A stretch of 64,000 nucleotides of DNA from Candidatus Altimarinota bacterium. GTDB taxonomy: Bacteria; Patescibacteriota; Gracilibacteria; JBDHUY01. Positions 10,302-20,606 of the stretch are shown here, in pieces. The stretch spans positions 1-64,000 of the forward strand of contig JBDHUY010000008.1 in NCBI GenBank assembly GCA_039809385.1. Direction: 5' to 3'. The notes beneath the pieces were generated by a model. The model was not told the origin of the DNA. It searched no databases and saw nothing but the letters and a program-made list of their open reading frames with translations. The translations under genes were made by a program, and so were the position numbers. How positions within the stretch are numbered: position 1 is the stretch's first letter; each line of letters opens with the position of its first letter.

Positions 10302-13300
10302 ATGAGCTCCCGCATTTCAAAAATCTGCATGCGCCTGGCGGCAAAAATATTATTCTTGTCACTCTTGCTCTCACTCCTCCCCCAGCAATCTCCGCATTCT
10401 CTGTTTAAAGAAGACGGAGTACCGAAAACACAGGCCGCATATATAAATAAAGAAGGAATCGAACTGGTCTTTGTTAAAAAACAAAACGATACGTGGGAAC
10501 ATATATCAGATTGGAATACCGCTGATTTTTCATTTGATTCGCTCAGCGCAATCTGGGAAGGAAAAGGATCGGACATCCGGATCTCTGTTCGTACACGTCA
10601 TGGTCCTGTGATCTCCGACTGGCAAGAACTGGAAGCAGATTACGACCTCATGGATCGACAGAGTCTTGTTTTTTCCGAACTGCTATTCGTAAAACAGGCT
10701 GAAGCGTTTCAATATAAGGTAGAGATAGGAAGTGATATCCATACGCATGAGGAAACGGGAGAAACCGGCAGATTGCTCAGTATTTCAGCCAGAGATCGGC
10801 TCCTAAGCAGCAATGGTATAAAAATAACAAAAGTTGAACAATTCTTTTGTTCTAGAAACGAGTGGGTTTGTCGTTCAAACCGCCCCGGAGATATTTTAAA
10901 GCACCTGCAGATCAGTTATCTCGCCTCACAGAGCAGGCAGAAAAATGTAGACGTGGTCCATGCGGAAGACGCTCCGCGCATCATTTCCAGAGCCGAATGG
11001 GGCGCCGACGAATCGTTGCAACTGAAAGACAACTGGCAAAAAGCCCGGGACGAATACTGTTCCCATAGTCCCTGGGCTTGCAAACCTCTGAGCGACAAAG
11101 CCCAGCAGGAGTTCAACCAGAAACGCCAGGAAATTCTGACCAATTTCCCGGACGAGGTAAAAACGGTTCGTACGATCAGTCAGGAAAACGGTCAGGAACT
11201 GGCCTGGCCCCGGGATTACATGGCTAAAGTATATAAAATAGTACTTCACCATACCGCCGACAATCTGGCCAGTCCGGGTAGCGAAAACGACAACGACAAT
11301 AAAAACGAGAGCGCGACGGTCAAGCCCGATCAGATCTCGATGCAGGAATACCAAGCCAAATTGCGTTCTACCTATTACTATCATACCGTAACGCGGGGCT
11401 GGGGGGATATCGGGTATAACTATATTGTCGACGGACTGGGTAATATCTATGAAGGACGCGCCGGGGGGGACTTCGTTGTCGGAGCGCACGTCGCCTGGCA
11501 CAATGAAGGCTCGATCGGGATTGCGCTGATGGGAAACTATCAAGAGATATCCCCTTCCAGTGGCAGTATCCAGTCTTTAGTACGAGCACTAACCTATATA
11601 ACCAAGAAATATAATGTGGATCCTCGCGGCAGCGGGTCGTTTCGCGGGAAGTATCTGCCCAATATTATCGGACATCGCGATCTAGCCAGCACGGCCTGTC
11701 CGGGCGAACAATTTTACAAACAGATCGAGCGGATCAGAACGCTAATCCAGGAAAGCGACTTGGCGCGAGATTTGAAGGTGACGACACTGGGTGAATCCAA
11801 TCAGGCGAACAACAGCTATAGCGGACAATATATATCGGACGAGATAACCGATGTGAGTCTGATGCCGGGAAAGAGCCGTACTGTGAACTTTCGGTTTACT
11901 AATACAGGCACAGCCGCCTGGGACGCCGCGACCTACTTGGCCAGCAACCCGGTGTTCGGTCCTCTACTGGACGTGGAAGCTCCCGAGAATCTGAAAAAAA
12001 ACGGCGGGATCGCCTTTATGAAAGGAGGTCGTACCGAACCCGGACAAATAGCCGAATTTCCGGTTACGCTCAGCGCAGGCTATGCCGAGCAAGTGGTATT
12101 GCTCGATATTGCTCCGGTCGTGAATGGCGAAGTGAAAGTACAATCGGTGCTTATGCCTGTGAGCGTGACCAGCCCGGACCCGGGGTACGAATTCGTATCA
12201 TCCCGATATCCGGCCAACAATCTTTTTTGGGGAGAACAAACACAGGGAGAGGTTATTTTAAAAAATACCGGGAATTTTACCTGGCATAACAACGGCGACA
12301 ACGCGATCGTACTCAAACCCGACCATCCCGGCTGGCGGGCCACGCTCTTTCACCCGGAAAACAGCGATATTCTGGCATATTTACGGGAGAGTTCGGTTGA
12401 ACCGGGAGAAACCGGCCATTTTATCTTTGACCTGACCGCCCCAAACCAGTCGGGCAGCTTCGAAGAACATTTCACCCCGTATATCAAACAGATCGGATAT
12501 TTTAAGGACGGAGGGATGTTTTTCCGTTTTGAAGTCAAAGATCCGGGCCAAAGCAGCGGTTATCGCTTTGCGCAGGAACCTCTTGTCGTCAGCGGGATGT
12601 CGGGCGAAAAGGTTCGTGCACATCTCACTGTTACGAATACCGACAAACGTTCCATCCGCAACCTGACAAACGATACATTCGTTCCTTTGATCTACGGACT
12701 GGAAGGCGGTTCGGTCGACAACCTGGAATTTGATACAAGCACGCTGCGTAGCGGCGAAACTACGCAACTGTCGTTTGATGTGACGTTACCCCTCAAAGCC
12801 GGACGTTATGACGGGAAATTGATCTTGCGTCAGGACAACACGACGCTACTGGAGGGACCGGTTATTTTTGCCCTCTACGTCAAAGCCGGCTTGGCGAGCG
12901 CCCAACGCATGGAGCAATCCTACGATCTGTTTCCTTTGGCAGGAACAAAAAACAAAATAACGCTGAAATTTAAAAATAACGGCAACATTGTCTGGAAAAA
13001 AGACGACGTCAATGTGGGCAAATATTATAAACGCGATCAGGAAAGTCTGTTACTCGACGAGAGCTGGGTGACTCCCCTGCGTCCGGCTACGATGATGGAA
13101 AACACGGTTTATCCCGGAGAAACGGGGACTTTCGAGTTTTATATCACGCCCCACCGGGGCGGTCTGATCGAGGACACCTTTAAACTGGGAATGACCGGCT
13201 ACGGCTGGCTCGATATGGATCCGTTCGTGGTAGGAGTGTACGCCCGGGATGTAGACGGCAGCTTTATCGGTGGTATGCTTTCGGGATCCGAAGAAAGCAC

Positions 13301-14228
13301 CGTTACGCCTCCAGCCGCTCCGGCAGATACAATAAACGATACAACCTCGGCAGCCTCCTATCGCAAAAATATCAAGGTAAAACTCGGTTACTCTACGGAC
13401 CAGAATACAATGATTGTTTCGTCGGCTTCGGGAAAACTCACTATTCAGGGCAACGGCGAAAATCTTCAGGTCGATGAAAACAGCCTGGTGACAGTAACCC
13501 TGGAAAACGGCAAAGTACAAGTCACTCACGGTAACCATATTCTTGCCGCCGATCAGATTCGATTCGTTCCAAACGGCGATACGCCGCTGATCCGTATCGA
13601 CAGCTGGGAACACTATGCGGCATGGGATACGAATAAACGCTATAACGATAATACCTTCCGAGGAGACCTGACCGTAATGATCGAAAACAATAGTCTGGTG
13701 AGCATCAACGAACTGGGCTTGGAAGACTATCTGAAAGGCGTGGCCGAAACCGCGCCGGACACACATCCTGAAAAGCGAAAAGTGATGAGTATCATTGCCC
13801 GCACGTATGCACTTTTTTATCTGTTACCTGAAAACCGTAAATTCAAAAACGCGTATTACGATGCTTCGGATGATCCGAACATTTTTCAAAAATATCTTGG
13901 CTATGGCTACGAGCAGCGCTACGGCGAATGGGTCGATGCGGTGACCGCCACAAAAGGAACGATTGTCCTCTACGAAGGCAAACTGGTAAAAACGCCTTAT
14001 TTTACGCAAAGCGACGGCCGTACGCGCTCCGCCGAGGAAGTATGGGGCTGGAAAGACACCCCTTATCTGGTCAGCGTTTTGGATCCTCTGTGCCCGGAAA
14101 AGGTCCAGAAAGGTCACGGCGTGGGACTCTCGGGCTGCGGCGCCGAACAGGCAGCCAGGAACGGCAAAAGCTATGACGAAATCATCAAATACTATTACCG
14201 GGGGGTGGATATCGGGAAGGTCGAATAA
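10302..14228 (+). CDS. Secreted multidomain peptidoglycan hydrolase: amidase_2/PGRP-like, about four Ig-like (NBR1-like) domains, SpoIID/LytB domain
   Basis: IISRAEWGADE, VLHHTA, WGDIGYNYIVD..GNIYEGR, GAH, GHRD..TACPG; repeated xxNxGxxxW...PGxxxxF modules; INELGLEDYLKGVAE...GHGVGLSGCGA...YYYRGV. Confidence 0.9.
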   Translation: MSSRISKICMRLAAKILFLSLLLSLLPQQSPHSLFKEDGVPKTQAAYINKEGIELVFVKKQNDTWEHISDWNTADFSFDSLSAIWEGKGSDIRISVRTRHGPVISDWQELEADYDLMDRQSLVFSELLFVKQAEAFQYKVEIGSDIHTHEETGETGRLLSISARDRLLSSNGIKITKVEQFFCSRNEWVCRSNRPGDILKHLQISYLASQSRQKNVDVVHAEDAPRIISRAEWGADESLQLKDNWQKARDEYCSHSPWACKPLSDKAQQEFNQKRQEILTNFPDEVKTVRTISQENGQELAWPRDYMAKVYKIVLHHTADNLASPGSENDNDNKNESATVKPDQISMQEYQAKLRSTYYYHTVTRGWGDIGYNYIVDGLGNIYEGRAGGDFVVGAHVAWHNEGSIGIALMGNYQEISPSSGSIQSLVRALTYITKKYNVDPRGSGSFRGKYLPNIIGHRDLASTACPGEQFYKQIERIRTLIQESDLARDLKVTTLGESNQANNSYSGQYISDEITDVSLMPGKSRTVNFRFTNTGTAAWDAATYLASNPVFGPLLDVEAPENLKKNGGIAFMKGGRTEPGQIAEFPVTLSAGYAEQVVLLDIAPVVNGEVKVQSVLMPVSVTSPDPGYEFVSSRYPANNLFWGEQTQGEVILKNTGNFTWHNNGDNAIVLKPDHPGWRATLFHPENSDILAYLRESSVEPGETGHFIFDLTAPNQSGSFEEHFTPYIKQIGYFKDGGMFFRFEVKDPGQSSGYRFAQEPLVVSGMSGEKVRAHLTVTNTDKRSIRNLTNDTFVPLIYGLEGGSVDNLEFDTSTLRSGETTQLSFDVTLPLKAGRYDGKLILRQDNTTLLEGPVIFALYVKAGLASAQRMEQSYDLFPLAGTKNKITLKFKNNGNIVWKKDDVNVGKYYKRDQESLLLDESWVTPLRPATMMENTVYPGETGTFEFYITPHRGGLIEDTFKLGMTGYGWLDMDPFVVGVYARDVDGSFIGGMLSGSEESTVTPPAAPADTINDTTSAASYRKNIKVKLGYSTDQNTMIVSSASGKLTIQGNGENLQVDENSLVTVTLENGKVQVTHGNHILAADQIRFVPNGDTPLIRIDSWEHYAAWDTNKRYNDNTFRGDLTVMIENNSLVSINELGLEDYLKGVAETAPDTHPEKRKVMSIIARTYALFYLLPENRKFKNAYYDASDDPNIFQKYLGYGYEQRYGEWVDAVTATKGTIVLYEGKLVKTPYFTQSDGRTRSAEEVWGWKDTPYLVSVLDPLCPEKVQKGHGVGLSGCGAEQAARNGKSYDEIIKYYYRGVDIGKVE

Positions 14229-14316
14229 GCAGTACTAAGCAAGACAATCTTACATGAAACCAGAGGAATAAAAACTCAAATGCCAAAATCCAAATATCAA
14301 AATAATGTCAAATCTC

Positions 14317-14485
14317 ATACTACTTCCAATCAAAACGATACCAATCTCTGATACTTCTGAAGCTTGGGATAAAGCTTACTTTAAACGATATACCATGAAA
14401 TGCTTCCTGCTACGCTAAAGCTTCGCAGGACAGGTCGTAGTCCCGCCAGGGAAGGGATAGTATCAGATTGAAAGCGACGGAGTAT
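14317..14485. mobile_element. MITE-like element, copy 1 (with nested palindrome)
   Basis: Shares atactacttc..., gaagcttg..aagctt, catgaaatgcttc and agattgaaagcga.ggagtat with 46757-46884; cctgctacgctaaagcttcgcagg is inserted after gcttc. Confidence 0.6.
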
Positions 14486-14553
14486 CAAAAGGCAAAAATA
14501 CTGAAGACACGTATAATTAGATGACAACCAATTTCTATCCAATCAGTCAGTTT

Positions 14554-14602
14554 CGTCATTCCGGCTTGCCCGTTTGCCCCGCCTGGGCGTGGGGAATCCG
14601 GG
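14554..14602. repeat. CGTC-type palindromic repeat remnant
   Basis: cgtcattccggcttg...ggaatccgg; related cattccggcttgtccggaatccagg at ~58233-58258. Confidence 0.5.
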
Positions 14603-14872
14603 TACAGCTGCTGCTATGGTGAATGAGCGTAGTGTTCATTCCATTATCACGTAAAAGTCTATAGAGCTACATATTATGCCTAGTTCAGGTTTTCAGAAAC
14701 CTGCCCCCCGTTTTCCAGATCGAAAGATATCTCCAGCAGTCAAGAAAATAAAAGGAGCATGTTTTGAAAATATGCTCCCGCAGAGGTCCCGAGAGGAAAC
14801 AGTGTACAGTAAAAATGAAAAGTTCTTCAAACTGTTAACCACTTTTTACTTTACATTTTGCACTTTGAACTT

Positions 14873-15613
14873 TTATGCATAATATTCCTGCACAAACTCC
14901 TTGATTCGTTTGAGGTGTTCGAGGACTTTATCCTCATGTCCCTCTCCCAAATCATGACCGGAGACACGCACGGAAAGAGCTCCCTGATAATTGTCTTTTT
15001 TCAGCTTGGTCAACAAGCTTTCCAGAGGCAGGGAACCGTCCATCGGCAAAACGTGGTCGCGGCCGCCGCGGACATTGGAGAGGAAAATATGCACGATCTC
15101 GTCCTTGAGCTTTTCGTAAAAACGAATCAGATCTTCTTTCAGACTAAAAACATTGGACGTATCGAGGCAAACCTGGCGAAACTTTTTGAGATCGTTGGGA
15201 CTGTTGAGCGCATGCTGGGGCAGAAAACCGAACATGCGACCGGGAACGGCATTCATCAGGGCAATATTGATCTTTTCGCGTTTGCGGATACCCGGCAGTT
15301 CGTTTTTGAGCCACTGAGTCAATTCGAAGTCAAACAGCCGGGGCGGATTGGTAATCAGCACGCTGGCCCCAATTGTCTTGGCCAGAGACAGATATTTCAA
15401 AAAAGCCTCCTTTTTGGCAATCATCGGAGGTACCAGAAGCGCCACGACCGGGATGCCCGTTTCTTGTACCAAATCGGCAATATACTCGGCGTCTTGGGTA
15501 TCACACATTTTCGAGATTTCAATATCGACCCCATCATAGCCCGCGGCATGCGCAAAGCGAAAGATACGATGAAGGCCGTAACGGGGAAGCGATCCGGAAC
15601 TTAAAACCAGCAT
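14873..15613 (-). CDS. Sugar phosphate isomerase/epimerase family TIM-barrel protein
   Basis: AGYDGVDI, VCLDTSN, IVHIFLSN...DHVLPMDGSLPL...YQGALSV pattern; several metal ligands look substituted. Confidence 0.8.
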   Translation of the reverse strand: MLVLSSGSLPRYGLHRIFRFAHAAGYDGVDIEISKMCDTQDAEYIADLVQETGIPVVALLVPPMIAKKEAFLKYLSLAKTIGASVLITNPPRLFDFELTQWLKNELPGIRKREKINIALMNAVPGRMFGFLPQHALNSPNDLKKFRQVCLDTSNVFSLKEDLIRFYEKLKDEIVHIFLSNVRGGRDHVLPMDGSLPLESLLTKLKKDNYQGALSVRVSGHDLGEGHEDKVLEHLKRIKEFVQEYYA

Positions 15614-15699
15614 ACAAACAGGAAATTCAAAATAAAAGACATACAGAATCTATTGTATGGTCATTACGCGTTTCTATCAAGAGGGAAGAACCGGAAAAT

Positions 15700-17919
15700 C
15701 TATTTTTTTCTGCTGCGAGACGATTTTCCGGGAACACGCTTCACATACTTTTTTTGCTTATCTGTATCTGCAATATCGGTGATATGGATCGTCACCGTCG
15801 TCCCTTTGCCGGGTTGAGAAGTCAAACTTATCGCTCCCTGGTGAGCTTCCACAACCGCCTTGCAATAAGACAATCCGAGACCGGGTCCGTTTTCCACCGG
15901 ACGGCTGGCATCGACTTTATATAATTTTTCAAATACGATAGTTACTTTATTGTCTTCTATTCCGATTCCGTTATCCTTAATACTTACCGAGATACCGTCA
16001 CTCAAACGTTTAGCCGTGATCATGATCTTGATCGCATTGGCAGTGGTATCATGAAAGATAAGCGAATTATGAAAAACGTGCGTAAAAACGTTAGTCATAC
16101 GATCAACGTCGACGTATACATCCGATTCGAGAATATCTTTATTACGCAAAACCACGACGGCTTTCTTTTCCCTTATAAGATCGTCGAGCCGCGACAAAGC
16201 ATTTTGTACCAGAAAATGGAGCGGGATAGTAGAAAATAACAAACGTGTCTTACCTTGCTCTATCGCCAGAATATCCGAGAAATCGGCCAAGATCTTGGAA
16301 GACTTCTGGATATGCGAGGTAGCTTGCGCAATATAGCCTTCCCGTTCCTGACTGTCTGCGGTCCAATTTAGGGCCTCAACCGACGATTGAGCTATTGTTA
16401 GCGGAGTACGGACTTCATGGAACAATCCGGTCATAAACTCTTTTTGTACGAAATCGGAGTTTTTCAGGTTGTTTTGAAGTCCCAGATATTGCTGGGCATT
16501 ATAAATATAAAAATTCATGTGGTCTAAAAACATTTTAGTCTCCCGGATCTCTTCGGTGGAAAAAAACTGTTTTTGTACTTTTTCGTTTAGCAGTAAAACC
16601 GCGATCAGTCTCTTCTGATCGTCGACGATAGGAATGGCGGCGGCGATATACATCTGCTGCATCTCTTGCTGTAATTGTTTCAGGAGACTGTCCTGGCCTG
16701 AAACGCGATCATGGGAGAATTCCAGATCGTACGCGATCTCTTCGCGAACCACGGCGTCTCTGTGATCCTGTTTAAACCACTCGACCAGAGAGCTGTTCTG
16801 CGAGAGCTGTTCTGCATTTCCGGGATCTATAGATTGATAATTTCCGGTTCCCGACGATGCAAATACCAAACGGGCATCCTGAATTCCGAGTGCGTTTTTG
16901 ATAGTCTCCCCCATATGTGAGACCGCCTCGAAGATTCCCAGACTGCTGGAGCTGATACTATTGGAAGCTTCCCGTAAGATATCACGGTAATTGCTGGTAC
17001 GACGAAAAATAAGCAGATTGAAAAATGGAGAAAAAACTCTCGTCAAACCCGAATACGCTACCAGGGCTGTCAAGATTGTAATTGTATCTATAAGCAGTGC
17101 GCTGGCGCGGGATATGGCAGGGTTTGTAAATATGGTGAGAGCCATGGCAGTCACGATCCCACCCGCCGACACGTAGGTCAGAGCCCGCTGAAGATTCAGA
17201 CGAAGATCGAGAAACCGATAATTGTTGCTGGCATATACCATACCAAGCACAATGATCAGCGAGAACACCGGGCCTAGGGCGTTGAAACTGAATATTCCGA
17301 AGAAAACCGGCAGCACCCAATTTAAGCCTACCGCACCGAGCAAAAAGACCAGATAACTCCAGAAAAGAATGCGAAACTGGGTCTTGATAATGGAATGATG
17401 TGCTTTTCTCCAGTTGAAAAGGAGCGTAACCAGCGGCCAGAAGAAATGAAACAACATCAGGATCGAATAATAACCGGTAAACGATCCGAGCTGCAAAAGC
17501 GAATAACCGTCAGGCTGTACGGCAATCTCGCCAAACAAGGTATTATCGAAAAACGAAACCACAAATAACGGAATTTCGATCAAGAACGGCCAGAAATCAA
17601 ACCAGCGCAGCTGTTTCTTGCCACTGGGGAAAAAGCGAAAAAACCAGAGTTGTGCCGACAACCAGATCACCCCGCCGGCGAAAATCAGTTTTTCAAACAA
17701 ATACCCCAACGATCCGGGCTGGTAGACCCATTGCCCGGTGAAATCGGGCAGAGTCATGTTCAGAAAAATAAAAAAAGTCCAGATCAATACCCCCAGGATA
17801 TGCAGGAAAAGAATTTGATACAACAGTCCGCGATGCAATTTCTTCGCAGCGGCAAAGAGCAGAATTACTGTTATCAAGACGGTCACAAACAGGATAACAC
17901 GTGTCGCTGCGATGATCAT
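15700..17919 (-). CDS. Multi-TM (HisKA_7TM/LuxN-like) sensor histidine kinase with GAF-like linker
   Basis: About 9 hydrophobic helices; HEVRTPL H-box, DNGIGI and GPGLGL boxes. Confidence 0.9.
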   Translation of the reverse strand: MIIAATRVILFVTVLITVILLFAAAKKLHRGLLYQILFLHILGVLIWTFFIFLNMTLPDFTGQWVYQPGSLGYLFEKLIFAGGVIWLSAQLWFFRFFPSGKKQLRWFDFWPFLIEIPLFVVSFFDNTLFGEIAVQPDGYSLLQLGSFTGYYSILMLFHFFWPLVTLLFNWRKAHHSIIKTQFRILFWSYLVFLLGAVGLNWVLPVFFGIFSFNALGPVFSLIIVLGMVYASNNYRFLDLRLNLQRALTYVSAGGIVTAMALTIFTNPAISRASALLIDTITILTALVAYSGLTRVFSPFFNLLIFRRTSNYRDILREASNSISSSSLGIFEAVSHMGETIKNALGIQDARLVFASSGTGNYQSIDPGNAEQLSQNSSLVEWFKQDHRDAVVREEIAYDLEFSHDRVSGQDSLLKQLQQEMQQMYIAAAIPIVDDQKRLIAVLLLNEKVQKQFFSTEEIRETKMFLDHMNFYIYNAQQYLGLQNNLKNSDFVQKEFMTGLFHEVRTPLTIAQSSVEALNWTADSQEREGYIAQATSHIQKSSKILADFSDILAIEQGKTRLLFSTIPLHFLVQNALSRLDDLIREKKAVVVLRNKDILESDVYVDVDRMTNVFTHVFHNSLIFHDTTANAIKIMITAKRLSDGISVSIKDNGIGIEDNKVTIVFEKLYKVDASRPVENGPGLGLSYCKAVVEAHQGAISLTSQPGKGTTVTIHITDIADTDKQKKYVKRVPGKSSRSRKK

Positions 17920-18134
17920 AAGGAGTGAATAAAAGAGTAAAGACCAAAAAGAGCCTCACGTCGTTACGACCGAATACCGTGATGTATAAAAAAAGGGGAT
18001 GGCTTTTTCTCAATAAAAATACCGAGTAAAAAACCGTCCCCAATTGTAATCATCTTTCTCAAATGTTGCAATAAAGCAACATAAGAAAAAGATAATATTT
18101 TTCGACCTTTTTTACCTCAGCATGGAAAAACCGT

Positions 18135-18815
18135 TTAAGCGGCTGCAGTTTGGTGAAAAACTTCAGACAAAGTCGGCTGATAGGTTACCAGGTTGGGGTA
18201 ATAGGTCTTCAAGAAACGTTGGGCAGCTTGTGCAGTCTTTCCAGAAGGTCCGCCGAAACAGATCGGTTCCTTCTGAAAATATGCCATCCAAGCTTGTTCT
18301 TGTTCGGGCGTATATCCGCCCTTGGAAATATCTGCGTTACCCAACACAATCACAGGCATCCCCATAGTGCTTACGTGCCTGATAGAAGCTCGGCTGAGCG
18401 TGAAACACAGGTAGCGGATTCCAGATGCGGCTGCGTACGAAAAGATCGTCCCGATTAACCAGGGCACGACGACCTTTCTATATTCGGGGATCACGTTCAA
18501 TCCGCCAATTTCAGCTAACTGTGAACGATCAACACATGTTCCGTCAGACAACTCTTCAAGAACATTTCTCCCATCGAGATATCGTTCACACTGAAGCGGA
18601 CTGGTAATATCTCCGGTTACAAGCGACATACTACCGACAACCTGATCATCGACCAGAGCACAAATTGAAACGGGGTAGGGTTTTTGGAGTTCCACACCGA
18701 GCTCTTGTGCATAGATTTCCCTACACAAAAACCAGGTTCTACTATGCAATTCCCCACCGATGGAGCAAACATCAAGCGAGAATGGAAAGGGCGATGGCGC
18801 AACGGCTTGTGACAT
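18135..18815 (-). CDS. Thermostable-hemolysin-family (GNAT/acyl-synthase fold) protein
   Basis: ERYLD...VDRSQLAEIGGL, GIRYLCFT, ADISK...WMAYFQKEP pattern matches the PF12261-like consensus as recalled. Confidence 0.7.
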   Translation of the reverse strand: MSQAVAPSPFPFSLDVCSIGGELHSRTWFLCREIYAQELGVELQKPYPVSICALVDDQVVGSMSLVTGDITSPLQCERYLDGRNVLEELSDGTCVDRSQLAEIGGLNVIPEYRKVVVPWLIGTIFSYAAASGIRYLCFTLSRASIRHVSTMGMPVIVLGNADISKGGYTPEQEQAWMAYFQKEPICFGGPSGKTAQAAQRFLKTYYPNLVTYQPTLSEVFHQTAAA

Positions 18816-18817
18816 TG

Positions 18818-19585
18818 TTACTCTCCTTTTTTTTGAGCCATGATTAAGATATTTTGGTTCGCATAGCTCTGGTCACGTAACCAGATTTTGAAACCATTCC
18901 GTTCCAGCAGGGAAGCCAATTCAGAACATTCGGGAAAATACGCTCCCGTATTCCTGATATGGACATTCACTGCCAGAATAAAGAGAAACGCCGGCAAGTT
19001 CTTGCGGATAAACCTGTCTGACCACGAGAGTAAGAAAAAAAGCTTACTTAATGGCCAGAATTTATTAGGAACAGACCAGCGGGGATGATCGCTTTCCTTG
19101 GCGTGAGCTTGCAAAATACGTGCCATGGAGAAAGTCGATCGAGGATTGGAAATAAGCAAATAGCCTTGCGGCCGCAAAACTCGAAATACTTCTGCGAGAA
19201 CATTCTCTGGTTTTTGACAAGTATAAAGAGTATTGGCCATGATAACCTGATCGAGCGAGCGGTCTTCAAAGGGCAACCGGGAAGCCATGTCGGCCTGAAT
19301 CATAGCCATATTCTTCATACTTTTGAGTTTTCCCTTGGTGCGATCGAGCATTGTGGGAGAAGAATCCAGAAGAATAATCCGAACCCCTTCTGTGAGCGAT
19401 GGATCTGCGGTAGCCCAGATATTTCCTGTACCGCATCCAAGCTCAAGAATATTGGTAGCAGTCGGGCTGATATATTCATGAATATCTGCCAAATACTGCC
19501 TATAGGGAGTTAGTCCGAGTAGGCGGTCGTATGCATGCGCATACGCCGACCAGAAAAAGACCGAAAAGAACGATACTTGTTGCAT
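18818..19585 (-). CDS. Class I SAM-dependent methyltransferase
   Basis: ILELGCGTG, LDSSPTML, LPFEDRSLDQV, RVLRPQGYL; GAGGAG RBS 8 nt upstream; 2-bp gap to the next gene. Confidence 0.9.
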   Translation of the reverse strand: MQQVSFFSVFFWSAYAHAYDRLLGLTPYRQYLADIHEYISPTATNILELGCGTGNIWATADPSLTEGVRIILLDSSPTMLDRTKGKLKSMKNMAMIQADMASRLPFEDRSLDQVIMANTLYTCQKPENVLAEVFRVLRPQGYLLISNPRSTFSMARILQAHAKESDHPRWSVPNKFWPLSKLFFLLSWSDRFIRKNLPAFLFILAVNVHIRNTGAYFPECSELASLLERNGFKIWLRDQSYANQNILIMAQKKGE

Positions 19586-19849
19586 CGTAGCATCTCCTCA
19601 TTTAGTTGAAGTTCCCGAGGCCTAGAGCCTTACGGTTTTTTTGTCAGAAGAAGACACGAATGGGTTCTCGTGAGTGTCGGATCAGTAAACAGCCATCATA
19701 TCTTCTTCAGAACTCATGCTGAATTGGTAATGAGCAGCCAACAATCATTACGACGAAGCAAGATTGCCAGCATGGCATGACTGTTTCACAAAGCAGGTGA
19801 GACGAAATACACAAAAATCTAAAGTTTTCCTAAAAGAATTCGAACGGGT

Positions 19850-19877
19850 TTGACACACTAGGTCAATCAACTATAAT
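19850..19877 (+). promoter_or_regulatory. Consensus sigma70 promoter with overlapping TTGAC-N7-GTCAA palindrome
   Basis: TTGACA (19850)-16 bp-TATAAT (19872). Confidence 0.7.
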
Positions 19878-19927
19878 AAGATTTGTTCATATTGAAGGGA
19901 TCGCCGCAATTAACGAAACGTTTCGCC

Positions 19928-20606
19928 ATGAAGGTTCTTGTCATTGAAGATCATCAAGACATCGCCGCTTTTATCGTCAAAGGATTGCAGTACGAGCGTT
20001 TTTTGGTAGACCAGGCCGGGGACGGGGAAGAAGCGATCAAAAAGATAGAAGGGAACATCTATGATCTCGTCATTCTGGATCTTTTGCTGCCAAAAAAAGA
20101 CGGTATGGAAGTCCTGAAATATATCCGAGAACGAGGCAACAACTCCCCCGTTCTGGTTTTGACCGCCATTCCACGATCAAGAGACAAAAGTACGCTTACT
20201 CAACCTGGGTGCGGACGACTATCTGGAGAAACCGTTCTCGTTCCGGGAATTGCTGGCCCGTATCCAGGCGATTTTGAGACGAAGCAACAATATCCCCAAA
20301 AAGAGTCTTTTGGAGATAGGAGATCTGCAACTGAACGCAATTACTCGCGAAGTTATTCGCAGCGGGAAAAGAATTCCGCTGCGCAATAAAGAATTCACAC
20401 TTCTGGAATTCCTGATGAACCATCCGGGAGAAGTCATCAACCGCACTACGTTGCTGGAAAAAGTATGGGATTTTAACGCGACTATTTCCTCAAATACGAT
20501 CGAAACGCACATTGCCCTGCTCAGGAAAAAAGTGGACGGAGGATTTCCAAACAAGCTGATAAAGACCTACCACGGAGCCGGATATTCCATCAGCCTCGAA
20601 GCATGA
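19928..20606 (+). pseudogene. OmpR/PhoB-family response regulator split by a +1 frameshift (pseudogene or sequencing error)
   Basis: MKVLVIED...DLVILDLLLP...VLTAI, extra C at ~20171, then HDQETKVRLLNLGADDYLEKPF...winged helix (KTYHGAGY). Confidence 0.9.

Noticed and set aside
18135-18815. Literal hemolysin toxin
   Set aside because: The family name is historical; no signal peptide or pore-forming features, and the context suggests a biosynthetic GNAT-fold enzyme.
19690-19780. Small peptide precursor ORFs upstream of the methyltransferase
   Set aside because: Candidates of 11-23 aa lack an RBS and recognisable leader features; cannot be supported.
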